A DNA stretch of 64,000 nucleotides, from positions 103,540,001 through 103,604,000 of the forward strand of contig OZ024745.1 of assembly GCA_964016885.1 (NCBI GenBank). The letters run 5' to 3'. A model generated the notes under the pieces. It saw nothing but the letters and a program-made list of their open reading frames with translations. It was not told the DNA's origin and ran no database searches. Origin of the DNA: Eledone cirrhosa (taxonomy: Eukaryota). The translations under genes were made by a program, and so were the position numbers. Of this stretch, positions 1-13,296 are shown piece by piece (position 1 is the stretch's first letter; each line of letters begins with the position of its first letter).

Positions 1-1004
1 GTGGTGGTGGTGGTGGTGGTGGTAGTGATGGCAGTGGTGGTGGTGGTGGTAGTGGTGGTAGTGATGGTAGTAGTTGTGGTGGTGATGATGATGATGATGA
101 TAATGATGACAACGACGATGGTGATGACATATCACGTTTCACAGGCTTTAAATATGAGCTAGTTTGAAATCAATTCTGGAAGTTGATGAAACATTTGTCA
201 ATTATAAAATGCACATGCTAGTTTCTTTTGATCATTAAATGTTAACAGAATTCATAAAGGACATGGTACAGCGCTCATGATAGAATACACATTTTTGAGC
301 TGTCTTTGGTTTGACCACCATTTTAAAAAACTTGTTCAACCATGGAACTCCTTTATAATTTCTGTAAAATTATATTAAATTGAATAACATTTTAATAATT
401 ATATCTGTAATGACTGTTTTTCAATTAATTTTCTACATAATCAAAAATTTACAGAGATTTAGTAAAATATATATATATATTTTTTTTCATTTATTTATAT
501 ATTACGGTTGTTTGGAACATAACTAAATAATTGGTTTTTTCATGAAATTATAATGGAAAGTTTTAAGTTAAATGTGAACAAACAATTGAGAATGGAAGTT
601 TTTGTATGAGACAGCCAGAGGTGGTCTTGGGCAAGTTGCTATCAAATGGGTTAGATCAACAAAACTAGTTATTTTAAAGCAACTCAATTATATTTTATTG
701 CCATAATATGCAAATACAATAAAAAGTAAATTGTATTCCAATGAGATGAAGCAATACCAATTACAGCAGTAACATCAATTAATACATATCAATTATATTC
801 CAATAATGATATAAATAAAACATACAATACAATTGTTGTTATAGTTGGGGAATGTCATTTTATAATATTGCCAGAAAAATATAGTATATATATATATATA
901 TAGATATCATAAAGAGTAATGGTCTAACTAGTTTTAAATTCTTTCTATCTTGATTTATATATATATATATACTTATAGACTTAATATAAAAATAGGTGCT
1001 ACAG

Positions 1005-1038
1005 GACTAGATCTGTTTCATTCGAAGGAAATCATCAG
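1005..1038 (-). ncRNA. Hammerhead-like core (partial) in a PLE-type remnant next to (TA)n
   Basis: Minus strand reads CUGAUGA-U-UUC-cuuc-GAA-U-GAAA-CAGAUCUAG-UC. Stem I partner not evident. Related pieces at about 28962-29050 and 50465-50500. Confidence 0.45.
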
Positions 1039-1263
1039 GAAAGAGCTTTTTAAAAAATCTGTAATAAGTGTATCTGTATATTTTCTTCACTATATTCAAT
1101 TACTGCTATTGCTTTAATGCAGTCCAAGCTTAAAAGCCACAAAGTATATATAAGGCCTGTGATGAATTTTGATACTTATTGCTTAAACGTTACAAATTAT
1201 TTATGTAGAGAGACTCCAGTTTATTAATGCAATCAATAAAGATATTACATATAATCTTTTCAG

Positions 1264-1436
1264 ATCTGCCAACCTCTAAAAACCCAAATGGGGAAGTAGC
1301 ATGAAAAAAAGTGCCCTAAAATGAGTAGAAATGAGGCAAAATATTGAAAGCTATACCGATTTTCACAAGAGAAGACATCTTTCACCTACTCCAAAGGCTA
1401 TTGCAAATCTCCTTGTCGAACGGGGAGAGTTGACAG
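1264..1436 (+). CDS. Putative exon of an unidentified host gene (possible start ATG at 1331; MRQNIESYTDFHKRRHLSPTPKAIANLLVERGELT)
   Basis: Pyrimidine tract plus CAG acceptor ending at 1263, GT donor at 1437, less AT-rich than flanks, open frame 1331-1436. No homolog recognised. Confidence 0.35.
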
Positions 1437-1899
1437 GTCTGTATTTTCATAGATGCTTTTAAAAATATAGTTTATTAATAAGAAATTGTTTTCTTCCTTT
1501 TTTGTTGTGACTTTACTTTAAAAACTGTTTATATACAATACCAATGTTAGAACTTGCAAATGAGATGGAATGGCTATAAAAATTTGTCCATTATTTTATC
1601 CTTGCGGTTAGATTGTTTGCTTCAGTTCAGTTATATTTCTTTATACTTGTTGTTATACTTTTCTACATGATATGCTGTCTGTTGGCAATGTAGAAATGAA
1701 ACAGAATGACTCCCATGGTAATGCTATATTTTCTTGTTCTATATTGTTATGTGAGAAATGTTATTTTATTTTGTATGAAGTTGTATATGTAATAAGAAAG
1801 AAACATAATACATGTTCGGATGCATGTATAAGCTATATCTGCATTTAATATATAGAGGAGAAAAATTCATGAAGTGTGTGTATATATTACCTTCACTGT

Positions 1900-2900
1900 G
1901 AAGTAGCATGAATATTTTTCCTACCAGAAAAATAAAAATTATTGTTTCAACTTGCATTACTTGTTGATTCTATTATATGTATGGCATTTGACTTTGATTA
2001 ATCTTGTATCCAGACTATTTCCTTGTGGTTGATTAACATTTTTAAGAAGCTTATCAAAGAATTGAAATATATTTATGTGAAGTTTCTTTGTGAATCTCAT
2101 TAACTTTGAATTATTCATGAATTTATCATTTTTTTCATTCACTGTTGACCCAATGTTTCGGAATTCTAAATTTTTTCTGCATTTATTGATAACCTTTATT
2201 TTGCTTGTAAAGCTATCTTTCAGTCATTGTATTTACATGTTTTTTCTAATGTATAAAGCACTGTCTTCATCTTTATCAGAAATAGCATCCACTGAGTCAG
2301 TAATTTCTTTAAATGTCTCTTCTTTTGGGACTCTTGATCCCTCTTTATGGCTTGTGCACAGTGAATCCCAGTTTCAAGCTATATTATTTCTGACACTACC
2401 CCCATACGGATCAAAGATTTGGTCATGACTCTACTAAATACCATCTCATTTAAAATAGTGCAAAGAGAGCTCATCAACTACACCTCAGCTCCACAGCAGA
2501 AATGGCTCCACCAACTTCTCACTGAAGAGGATCTGTAATAAAAACTCTTTCATCAGCTTCCAAGATCAGTGAACCAGCTCATAAGGGACAGTTTGCTTGA
2601 AATTAAATAATTTGTAACAACATTTTAAGTAGTTATTTCAAGTACACAAATGCTTTTGGCATCTACAATATAATATGCATCCATTGAAGATGGATTATGT
2701 AACACCTGCTACTACATTCCTTTCTTCTTCTTCTTCTCCTTCAAGAACTTCACAATCTGGTCACAGTGGTACCTGATCTCAGCACTTTCCTCATCAGAAC
2801 CCTCAAGTCCTAGTGTTACCTGTGTAGTAATTTGGATTTGCTGATATCACTGCAAATTAAGCAGGTGCAACATAAACTGTGTAATGGGAACAGCTGTGGT
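1900..2900 (-). pseudogene. Degraded coding-like remnant, family unidentified
   Basis: Protein-like minus-strand stretches broken by stops (HDQIFDPYGVVSEN, RVPKEETFKEITDSVDAISDKDEDSALY, VTLGLEGSDEESAEIRYHCDQIVKFLKE). Confidence 0.3.
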
Positions 2901-3157
2901 CTGATGAAATCTATCATATCTGTACCAAAATGTCTGTTGTTATTTAAATTTTTATATTAGTAAAAATGCGAAATGATTTACTTGAAAAGTTTGTTTGTAA
3001 TGGGCATTGGTTTTCTATGTGGGTATTGTGCTTTTTTTAACTCATTTTGTAATATATATGGTGTAGTTTAGATTTTATTTAATTTGGTATTGGTTTGGAT
3101 GATATATATATATATAAGTGGACGTAAAATGAAATGATGATGAATGATGATATATAT

Positions 3158-3483
3158 ATCATCATTTCATCATCATTTCATTTTACGTCCGCTTTTTCCC
3201 TGCTTGCAAGGGGGGGACGGGAACTGATGCTGGCTTGATTTCTACAGCTGGATGCCCTTCCTAACACCAACCTCATTTACAGTGAGTGCTGGGTACTTTT
3301 TTGCCGTGGCACCTCCACGACCACTTGGTGGAATGATATGGACCCCAGTCCCTATCATCTCATTTCTACAGCTGAGTAAACTGGTGCAACGTGAAATAAA
3401 CTGTCTTGCTCAAAGAAACAATACATCACCCGGTCTGAGAATTGAATGCAAGGCCAATGCTCTAACCACTAAGCCATGTGCCT

Positions 3484-3487
<4 letters not shown>
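3158..3487 (-). mobile_element. tRNA-head CORE-type SINE with RTE-derived tail
   Basis: Near-identical to 58112-58453, with a small deletion over the B-box region. Ends in (ATG)n. Confidence 0.85.
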
Positions 3488-3521
<34 letters not shown>

Positions 3522-3554
3522 ATAGTATAGAAAAATATAGTTGGAAAATTATAA

Positions 3555-3603
<49 letters not shown>

Positions 3604-4065
3604 TCCATAGTATAGAAAAATATAGTTGGAAAATTATAAGAATAAACTTTTCTGTTAGTTGTTATTCCTTAATAATAAAGTATTTTACAGTGTGTAGTTA
3701 TATATTTATATATAGGAAAATCTTTTGCAAACACAGTTTCCATCAATCAAATTTAATTCAGAAAGTATTGGTTAACCTAAAGCTATAGTAGAAAACACTT
3801 TCTCAAGTGTATGTCCATATATATGTGTGTGTGTATGTGCGTATATACATATATATACATAATATATATATATTATGTATATATATGTATGTATATATAT
3901 GTATACACACACACAATCATATATATATGCGTGTGTGTATATATATATATATTCCTGTGTGCATGGAAAAATTTGAATGGAAAGAAATTGTAAAGATGAA
4001 AAGAAAACTGTAGAGAATTATAGAGAAATAAAGAATAAAGTAAAGAATAACATTTTAAAAGACAA

Positions 4066-4101
4066 AAGAGAGAGAGAGAGAGTGAGAGAGAGAGAGATAG
4101 A

Positions 4102-4182
<81 letters not shown>
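4066..4182. repeat. (GA)n microsatellite
   Basis: Directly visible. Confidence 0.95.
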
Positions 4183-4187
<5 letters not shown>

Positions 4188-5322
4188 AATAGGGAAAGCA
4201 AAAATAAAATGAATTTTAAAAAATGATGGATGTAAATTATCCACTATTTTAAGAATATATATGGTAACTAATGTAATATTTAAGAACTTGGAAGATTATC
4301 TATTGCTAAATGAATTAGCTTAAAACATCTTGCCTGCGAGATGTTGTTGGTTGTAAGACATAATATAGTCAAGTGACACCATTGTAACATATGATGGATT
4401 AGTTGTTTCAAAATAAATTAAAGTCGGTTAAAGTACTGATGAGAGGTTTTATCAAATGGAGGATATTTGATACTTACATACAATAGAATTTGTTTGACAA
4501 AAGAACTTTCTTGAAAAATACATTCATATGTATACATACTGTACATATATATATATACATATGTAAAAATATAAATGCTTATGTACATACATACATGCAT
4601 GTACATATATACATACGTACATAGAAAAGAATTTGTTTGACAAGAAGTCACATGTACCTACATACATACATAGATACATACATACATACATACATATACA
4701 TACATAGATAATGTACAGTTGTACATATATACATGCCTACTTTCTTATTTTAGTTAATAAGAAAAAGGCCTTCAGATAAAAAGTAAAGTACTCAATACTT
4801 CAGAAAAGTAGAATGTGATATATTCTTTATTCAAATAGAAATTTTACAGAATTAATTCTCTTTTGCTTCACGTTGAATGCAAAGATAAGCTAAAGAAAAA
4901 TATATATTCTAGGTATGAAAGTGTGTGTATATATCTTGAATATATAATGTTTTTTCTACTATTGACCTTTCTGTATTCAGTTATATACTGTTGTTTGGTT
5001 GAGTCCTCAAAACACCCACTTTGTACTCGATATCTTACTCCCAACAATCTTTAAGGCTCTGAAAAGTGTCTGGGGTTTTTCTCTCTCTCTCTCTATATAT
5101 ATATATATAATAACACCTTAGAGTGTGGACAGCAGTGCATGTTATCATGTCACTAGTGCTACTTCATTATGACATTTGGATGTGTTATGTCTTTGAGCAA
5201 GACATCATTATGTCTTGCTCAAAGACATAACACATCACCTGGTCAGGGAATGGAAATCACAACCTCACAGTTGTGAACCCAATTCTCTAACCACCCAGCC
5301 ATGAGCTTTCACAAATATATGC

Positions 5323-5353
<31 letters not shown>

Positions 5354-5401
5354 GAAAGGATAAAAAGGACGATTGGTTATTCCTTCATTGCATTTATTGA
5401 T

Positions 5402-5488
5402 AGGTGACGCGCGTTTCGCCACTGATCAGCTCAAGGTTCGATCTATATCGATCCTACCCGACTCAATAATCGGCAGCTCGACGGACCC
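5402..5488 (-). ncRNA. Degenerate type I hammerhead ribozyme with branched loop II (PLE pLTR remnant)
   Basis: GGGU-CCGUCGA(core, two deviations from CUGANGA)-GCUGC...GUGGC-GAAA-C-GCGC-G-UC-ACCU, with palindromic stem III. Older related copy at about 62810-62930. Confidence 0.6.
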
Positions 5489-6000
5489 TCTTAAAATGCT
5501 ATAAGAAAATGAAATACATGCTATTTGGTAAAGTCAGAGTTTCAAGAGTTTGACAAAATGAGTTGTTTTGATTGGTGAGAAGGATCAAGGCGATGTACTG
5601 GCCTGTAGTGTATATGGGGTGGGTGTGATGGTGAGATGTTGGTGACGGTCGGTGGATGAGATGGGCTGTGGTGTGGTGGTGGCGGGTTGGCCTTGGCGTG
5701 TAGAGTATGTGGGGGTGGATGTGATGATATGGTGGTGGTTATGGTTGCTTAGTGGGATAGGCTGTAGTATGATGTTAGTGGATTGTCAGTAGATGGGTTG
5801 GCATGTGTGTGGGGGTGTGGTAGTGGTGCCGTTGTCTATGGTAGCGGCGTTTGTGGTGGTGTGGTGGATGTATTGGTGGCATCAAGGTCCTTACATAGAC
5901 ACATAGCTAGACGCTCTTCGTCTGACAGATACTTTGTTACACCCCCTGGATATATATATATATACAAACATATACATATACATATATATATATATATATA

Positions 6001-6310
6001 TTTGTGAAAGTTCATGGCTGGGTGGTTAGAGAATTGGGTTCACATCCGTGAGGTTGTGATTTCCATTCCCTGACCGGGTGATGTGTTATGTCTTTGAGCA
6101 AGACATAATGACCATCCAAATGTTATAATGAAGTAGCACTAGTGACATGATAACATGCACTGTCCACACTCTAAGGTGTTATTAATGGTGCCATGAAAAA
6201 AAACTCCCAGAACACACTGTAAGGAAGAGTATCCAGCTATAGAAACCGAAGCCAGAATAGAGCATTTCTGCAAATCATGGTCACTTGACGCTAAACAAGA
6301 TAATGATGAT
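6001..6310 (+). mobile_element. Diverged CORE-type SINE; its 5' part is duplicated in inverted orientation at 5108-5318
   Basis: tRNA-like head (tggctgggtggttagag), CORE-like tgtctttgagcaagaca, RTE-like tail gacgctaaacaagataatgatgat. Confidence 0.7.
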
Positions 6311-8229
6311 ATATATATATATATATATTATATGTGTGTGAGTGTGGGTGAAATAACATGGCATAATGGTTAGAAATGTTCAGCCCACTATCTTGGCTGA
6401 TTTTCCTCATCACAACTTCACCCAATCTTCTGGAGTCTTATAACTGCTAATATTTAGCCATTTGTCTTGACTGAAACATCACCTGATGAAGTCCAGTCAG
6501 AACTTTATTGAATCTTTTCTCACATTTTTGCTAGAATCCACAGGTTTTTCTCTAATCTGTCTTTTTATATTTTTCTTTTTTTTTCCATTATATAATTTCT
6601 TGTTTTGCTGCCTTTTTATCTTAAATAGATATGTACACCTTTTCTAACATATAATTTCAAATAAATATAATTTTAACTGTTCACAAATTCTAATTTGAAT
6701 TTTAAAAACCATTTGAAAGAAAAGTACAAGTGATAAAATGTGTAAACATAAAACTTTGTTTATAATAATTACTTCATTGTAATGACATAACTGATTTCAT
6801 ATTTTGTAATTAATTACAAAATTTCAATAGAATTTATGATTACAGTTCTTTCATTCATTACGTCTTTACTGAATTCTTTTTAACAAATTTCCATCGCTCT
6901 TTTATTAATCATTTGTTGATGTTTAATCTTGCAAAGTTATATTTCAGGAATTCAACAATATTAATTCATGTATATTTTTGTAAATGAAGCAGCAATATAC
7001 TCAAGAGGTGATTAAAATCAAAGGATCTTGATATCATTCACCTCCAGAGTGTATTGTTTCTTGTTTAATATTAATATCCAGCTTGTTTTCTCTCTCTATA
7101 TTTCTACTTCCATTGTTATACCTCTTATATTTTGCTTGTTGTAAGAACTAAAGGTTTTACGGGGTACACTACATGGCAATGGCGCAATGTAGCATAAAAA
7201 CACTCTGGGTGTTACCCTGATTCCAAATATGTGGTATTTGAATGGGTAAACCTCCAGAAAGTTGAATTTATAAACTAGAAACTATCAGACACACACAGAA
7301 TTTTGCATTTATTATCATTATTAGTAGGGTTTTTTTAATTTCAACCTACCGAACAGATCTCTTTCTATTGGTCTTATATTTCTCTTGATATTTATTCTCT
7401 ACATGCAAAACAGACCTATTGGTGTTATATCTATCTTGAATACAGAACAGATCTCTTTCTATTGGTGTTATATCTATCTTGATCTTTATTCCTATATTTC
7501 TTTATTCCATTTTTTTATAGAATTATATCACAATCATTCATTTTTTTTTCCTCTTTTCCAATTCCCTTTCAGTCCGTCTTCTTCAGTAATGTTTGCATAC
7601 AATTTTTAATAGAGTTCCATTCACTGCTTTATTATATGACTCTTGTATTTCTTGTTCATTGTGTAAATATTCATACTTGTTTCATATTTCCACATCATAT
7701 TTCTGTTTGTATTATATCTGTTTTAGTTTGTTTAATCATTTTTGTCTTTCAGCCATTTTCATTTTTCTTTAGTTTGATTTGTAATTTAATTACTACTGTA
7801 GTGAGTTATAATTATCAGTTCCAGTTCTAGCTCTAATCAGTTGTTGACCCTTAACAAAGTTCAAATAAAACCTGTCTTGATTCCCTCCTTTACCAACAAG
7901 CAGTAATCACTAACTCACATACTTTTTGTCTTTGTTTTTTTTTTGTTTTTTTTTTCTATTGCTGTTATTATGGCATCTGCTTCCCTGAACTAGCTAACTG
8001 CATACCCTCTCTAAACCATCCCAGTACCTCCCATCACCCTCATGTGTGTCTTTCCTCCTAGATACTGCACAAAACAATTCACCCAATTTCTCCTCCCCAG
8101 AATTACAATGCCCCCAACCCACTCCTGTCCTTGTTTTTCCAGCAAATCCCTGCATATCATAGGCGGTGACTAATAGAGTATCTGGCCATAAAACACAACT
8201 TCAAAAATTGGGTGTAAAAAAAGACGATG

Positions 8230-9860
8230 ATGGAGATGATGAAAATGATGATAGATCGCCATATATTGTAGCTAAACATCAATTGCATCAATCTCACTAG
8301 TCAGAATGGGCCTTCAAAGGTTATTGGCAATGGTCTGCCTATTAAATATCATATAATTCAACATTCTTCTTATGGTTTCTTATAATTATTACACATAACT
8401 TTCCACAATTCTACAACAAAGAAATCATTAAAAACATGGATACATCTGATATAAATTGGATTTGAATGTATTTCTTGTGTCCGATACTTTGTACATGGCT
8501 CAATAGAAAACCAACTGCCATAAATCAATGGTTTCTATGTTCACTAAATTTTTCTTTAGATCCTTCTCTGATCATTACTAGCATTAGTTGAGGTCTGCAG
8601 ACATCAATCTACAAAAGTTACTATGTGTATTCATTTATTCTTCAAACCATAATTACTGAAGCACATAATATCTTTGCTCAAGAGAAAGGTTGTAAATAAA
8701 ATGCCATATATATATATATGTGTGTGAGAGAGAGAGAGTGAGAGAGAGAGTGTGTTTATTTGTGTGTGTGTGTTGAAGGAGAGGCTTTAAGTAAAACTTT
8801 ATAGGAAACCTGTCAAACCTTAACTGAATGAACACTCAATACATATAAGCAGAGTATAGCCTATATTTTATACATGCACATTCTCCCTTTTACACACATA
8901 TTCTCCCTTTTACATACACACACACATGCACACATTCTCTCTCTCTCTTCATCATACTTTTTTACTATAGAAAATGGTAATAATTCTCCATCTCTGTGGA
9001 AGACTAGCCATGATCTGTCTTTAGATGGGAAGTCGATAACTTGATTTCCTGAGCTAGTGATTGGCTCTTGCTCAATAAACAGATGAGAACGAGATTGAGA
9101 GTTTAGACACATCATGACCAAAACTCTTCATAATTGTGATATAAGAAGTATTTGCTTGTTGTATCAATAGTTTCTTCCATTCCTACATGGCCACAAGAGT
9201 GCCGTTAAGAGTTGACTTTGATTGCAGTGATTTTTTAGGCAGTGTTGACTTGAAGATTTGACAAACTTTCAAGAGCTATTTTCTCAGACATCTTCTAGTC
9301 TTCTTCATCCTGCATTCATTTTCTTTCTTTCATATCATGAATCTTCTTTTCCTTCTTCTGGATGGCTCTCACATGTTCTGCATCAATACCAGCCATGAAT
9401 GAAAACATCCGATCTTTGCACTGTGTCTCAAGGAAAGCTTTGTCTTCAGATGGGACATCTTTTCATTCGAGAGTGTCCTGGCTTGCAATGTCAAAATTTT
9501 CAAGATTGCCTTTTCAAGTTTCACACTTTGTAAATGCTGTCAGTCATCCTGGATTTTTCTCTTTTCAGTCCATGATACTCATACAATTTCTTGACTAAAG
9601 TGTGGATTTTTTTTTCTTCTGTTTTTCTTCTGTTTTTTTTTTTTGTTTTTTGTTTTTTTGGGGGTCGGAATATTTGCTTTTCCCACACTTCCTGGATCTT
9701 CTGGTTAATCATTTTTTACAGCAACTGAGATTATCTCCATGAGTTTGACATGATGGTAGAGAAAACACAAGAACACGGAACAAGAGTCGTGACTAAGGTA
9801 ACTGCCTCTCAAGTTTTTTCTCAAGCAGCTAAATGGCCTTTCTGGTTTCCATTTTCCCTG
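8230..9860 (-). mobile_element. Heavily decayed DNA transposase remnant (Sola2-like family)
   Basis: Motifs in order: IQEVWEK..., ENFDIASQD...EDKAFLETQCKDRMFSFMAGID, LVFHRDGELLP (compare VHWDGKLLP). Many stops and frameshifts, and a microsatellite insertion. Confidence 0.5.
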
Positions 9861-11071
9861 TGGAAGATGAAAAGCAAAATCAATTAATTATATTTTAACA
9901 AGCCTTTGGGTTATTACATTTCTGGAACCCATTCAGGCTATGAAAAGCAAAAGAGTAGAAAATTATTTCATAACTTTATAACAACGGATGGAACATGACG
10001 AAAATCAATGTGTTTAATACTCACTCACAAAGCCAACACTGAACCAGCAATGCAATGAACCTTGCATTAAAACCTTATTGTTAACTCATTATCTTGTTGA
10101 ATTGTCAAAAACAAAAACAAAATTGAAAAGCTCACCTCATCAATGTGATATCAACTACTTCTTCCTACACACAGTGAAAACATATCACTAATGTAAAATT
10201 ATTTCTAAATTCTTAGGTTAATTTTATGGTTCATTTCTTTTTTATATAGGATCCTATAAATGGTAGAAATATCTCCTGCTTGAACACAGTCGAAAACAGA
10301 CAAAAAATGTAATCTGATTACAATCAACAAGTGTTGAAGTAAATTTTTTGTATTTTTTAATTTTTTATTTTGCATAGCATTCAAAAAGCATCAAACTGTG
10401 CAATCCCTAAATATATTTTCTATCTCCTTGTATTTTTACCTGAGTAACATTTATGTAAAATGGCTTCAAGGCCCAATCGACGAAGTGATTCAAACAAAAA
10501 GAATTTTCCTCTATAAATATGAAACACCCTAATTTATATATATATATATATATGCACACACACACACCACCACCACCACCACCACCACTACCATCACCGC
10601 TGCCACACCACTTTACATCCATTCTTCTACACTAGCATGGGTTAGACAAGTTGTCCAGTTGTGGGCAATGCCAGGTTAGGTGACCATGTCTTGCTCATAT
10701 ATATACATGTGTGTGTGTGTGTGTTATTTTTAACAAAGTAGATGTACGTTGGTGTGGATATAATTATAGCATTAGCAGAAAATGCTCAGAGTTGCATAAA
10801 ATGAACAACAGTTGCATCTCAACCTTATCAACGACTTTACTGACAGTGCAATTTCATGTATTAAGGTGGTACTGCACTTGTAATGCCAGCTTACATAACA
10901 GATTGGATGAGGTGCATGTGAGACAATAACAAATGAAAGAAAGGACAGGAAAATTTATGGTTCTCTTTCGATAAACGGAGAGTTAAATAGATAAAAAAAT
11001 TATGTAGCTAATGGGGTAGAAATGAAATGCAATTGATATTCACCTTATGTAACTGTGTGCATTTTCTACAA

Positions 11072-11103
<32 letters not shown>

Positions 11104-11154
11104 AGAAATATATGTATGTGTGTGTGTTTCTGCATGTGTGTGTGCATGTGTGTG

Positions 11155-11209
<55 letters not shown>

Positions 11210-12574
11210 CAGACAGACAGACAGAAAAAAAGAGAGAAGGAATGTGTGTGCATACATATTATGTAAAAACACAAACTAGGTTAACAGAAACTAAAGCAGT
11301 CATACAGAAAGAAATATATTCACACAAACTATACTGAAAATTACTTGTGATTAAACTGCACAGTTTTAGATGTTTTTGTTATTCAATGCAGAGTTCCTAT
11401 TAAGTACAGCTAAATGAATCCATGAAAGAAATTAGCTTCAGGCTGGAAAATGAGCAAAGAATCTAGCAAACAATATGGAGAATTAAACAAATTAATAATA
11501 CAAATAAAAACTGATTTGTAACTTCTATCTTGCATAGTATAACATCTTATTATGACAGTGTTGACACCTAATGTAGAGTAATTATAATCGCTTCATATAG
11601 TAATTATCCATAATTTCCATCATAATTTTTGTTAAATCTTTCATGCTGAAAGAAAGGAATGTTTACTAAAAGAATATTTTCAATTATGTATTAATCTTGC
11701 TAAATAGTGTTTAGAAAATAATGATAATTACAATACCAAGAAATATTTTTCCTTCAAATCAATTAGACTTCCTTTACTTCATTGTTTTGAATATTGTAAA
11801 TATTTGTGTCATAATTATTCTAAATATTAGCAGCATAGTAATCATCCCTATTTTTCCATACTAACTTAGAATAGATGACACTGTAGTATAGAACATTTCT
11901 AATCTTAATCCTGTGCCTTCTCTGTGAAATTGAATGTTGCCTATCAAACATGTAAAGCAGTTATTTGGCAAAGTGTTAGGGTGTTAAATTAAATGCCTTG
12001 TGGTATTTGTTCTGAATTCCTCTGTTCTGAGTTCAAATACTGCCAAGATTAAATTTACCCTTCATCCATTTGAAACTTCATTTTATTGACTCTGAAAGGA
12101 CAAAAGGTAAAGTTGACCTCAGTTCATTTTGAACTGGAACAAATACCACTAAATGTTTTTGTCCTATGCTCTAATGATCTGCAATTCACTGCCTGGAACA
12201 ACAAGAAGAAACACATTAAATAATGCATTCCTAGGAAAATTGTATCTGAAATAAAAATGAAATGCTCGCAGTTGGATTTCCTATAATCATAGACTTTCTG
12301 GGACTGAGCAGAACAACAACAAGGAAGACCGAGTAGAATAATACATTCCTATATTCATCAGAATGGTCAATAGTAGATTACTTTTGATTATAAGTCAGCT
12401 GGATCAAGTATTAGGGCTAAATAAAAATAAGGAAGGATACACTAAATAATGCATTCCTTGTTAAATTGTGTCTGTAAGAAGAAAAAAGATGGTCATGGTT
12501 GCATTGTCTTTGATCATAGATCTGTTGGAACTGGGCTAACCTTGGTCTAAACAATAATTACTATTGATATCATT

Positions 12575-12785
12575 TGGCAGAATCGGTAGAGCATCGGTCA
12601 ACATACTTTTCTGCATAGAGTTATGGCCCTTTACATTCTTAGTTCAAATCCCACCGAAGCTAGCTTTGCCTCTCATCCTTAGAAGGTTGATAAAATAAAG
12701 TATCAGTAATGCACTGGGCTCGATTGAATCGACTTTCCCCTCCCCATCCAAATTGTTGGTTTTGAGCTTAAATCAGAAACCATAG
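12575..12785 (+). mobile_element. tRNA-derived SINE (Ceph-domain-like)
   Basis: A box tggcagaatcgg, B box gttcaaatcc, central ctttgcctctcatcctt...gataaaataaagta. Confidence 0.8.
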
Positions 12786-13166
12786 TTATAAACCTATTTA
12801 TTCAGACTACTGTATTCATTAGGATTGTTGTAATTATGTTTCAGCCATTATACATTCCAGCTTATCATATTTAATAATGTTCTCAAACTTTTAAGCTGAA
12901 CCCATATAAACATTGTTCTCATTCTCTTGTTCATTTCCAGATTATTTTCACATCAATTAGTTACTTATAATGTTGCTTGCTTGTTTCGAATAAACCAGAA
13001 TTTATGCAGATACACTATCTTAGGGATTGAACTCATAAACTGCTGATAGACTAACACACTTGACCTCTTTAGTGCAGTAGACGAGATAACTCGTCGTAAC
13101 ATATAAGCATTCCAGTCCCACAGATAAGATAACCTCTTCTAACATGTTTGAACTCCTTTCCAGCAT

Positions 13167-13296
13167 TTCATAACTTCAAAGTTATGAATTCGTTTCCAAC
13201 AGTTCATAACTTCAAAGTTATGAATTCGTTTCCAACAGTTCATAACTTCAAAGTTATGAACTCATTTCCAACTGTTCATAACTTCAAAGTTATGTA
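13167..13296. repeat. 36-bp tandem repeat, about 3.7 units, each containing a 22-nt palindrome
   Basis: Units start at 13167, 13203, 13239 and 13275. TTCATAACTT-CA-AAGTTATGAA. Followed by cggggctactagt (Helitron-like end). Confidence 0.9.

Noticed and set aside
2901-2907. Isolated CTGATGA (also 6483-6489 and 22293-22299)
   Set aside because: No properly placed stem II, GAAA, NUH or stem I partner.
3515-3645. 42-bp direct duplication separated by (TA)n
   Set aside because: Most simply slippage or unequal exchange at the microsatellite. No element features.
13167-13296. CRISPR-like array of palindromic repeats
   Set aside because: Linkers are only 14 nt and nearly identical, there are no cas genes, and the context is eukaryotic.
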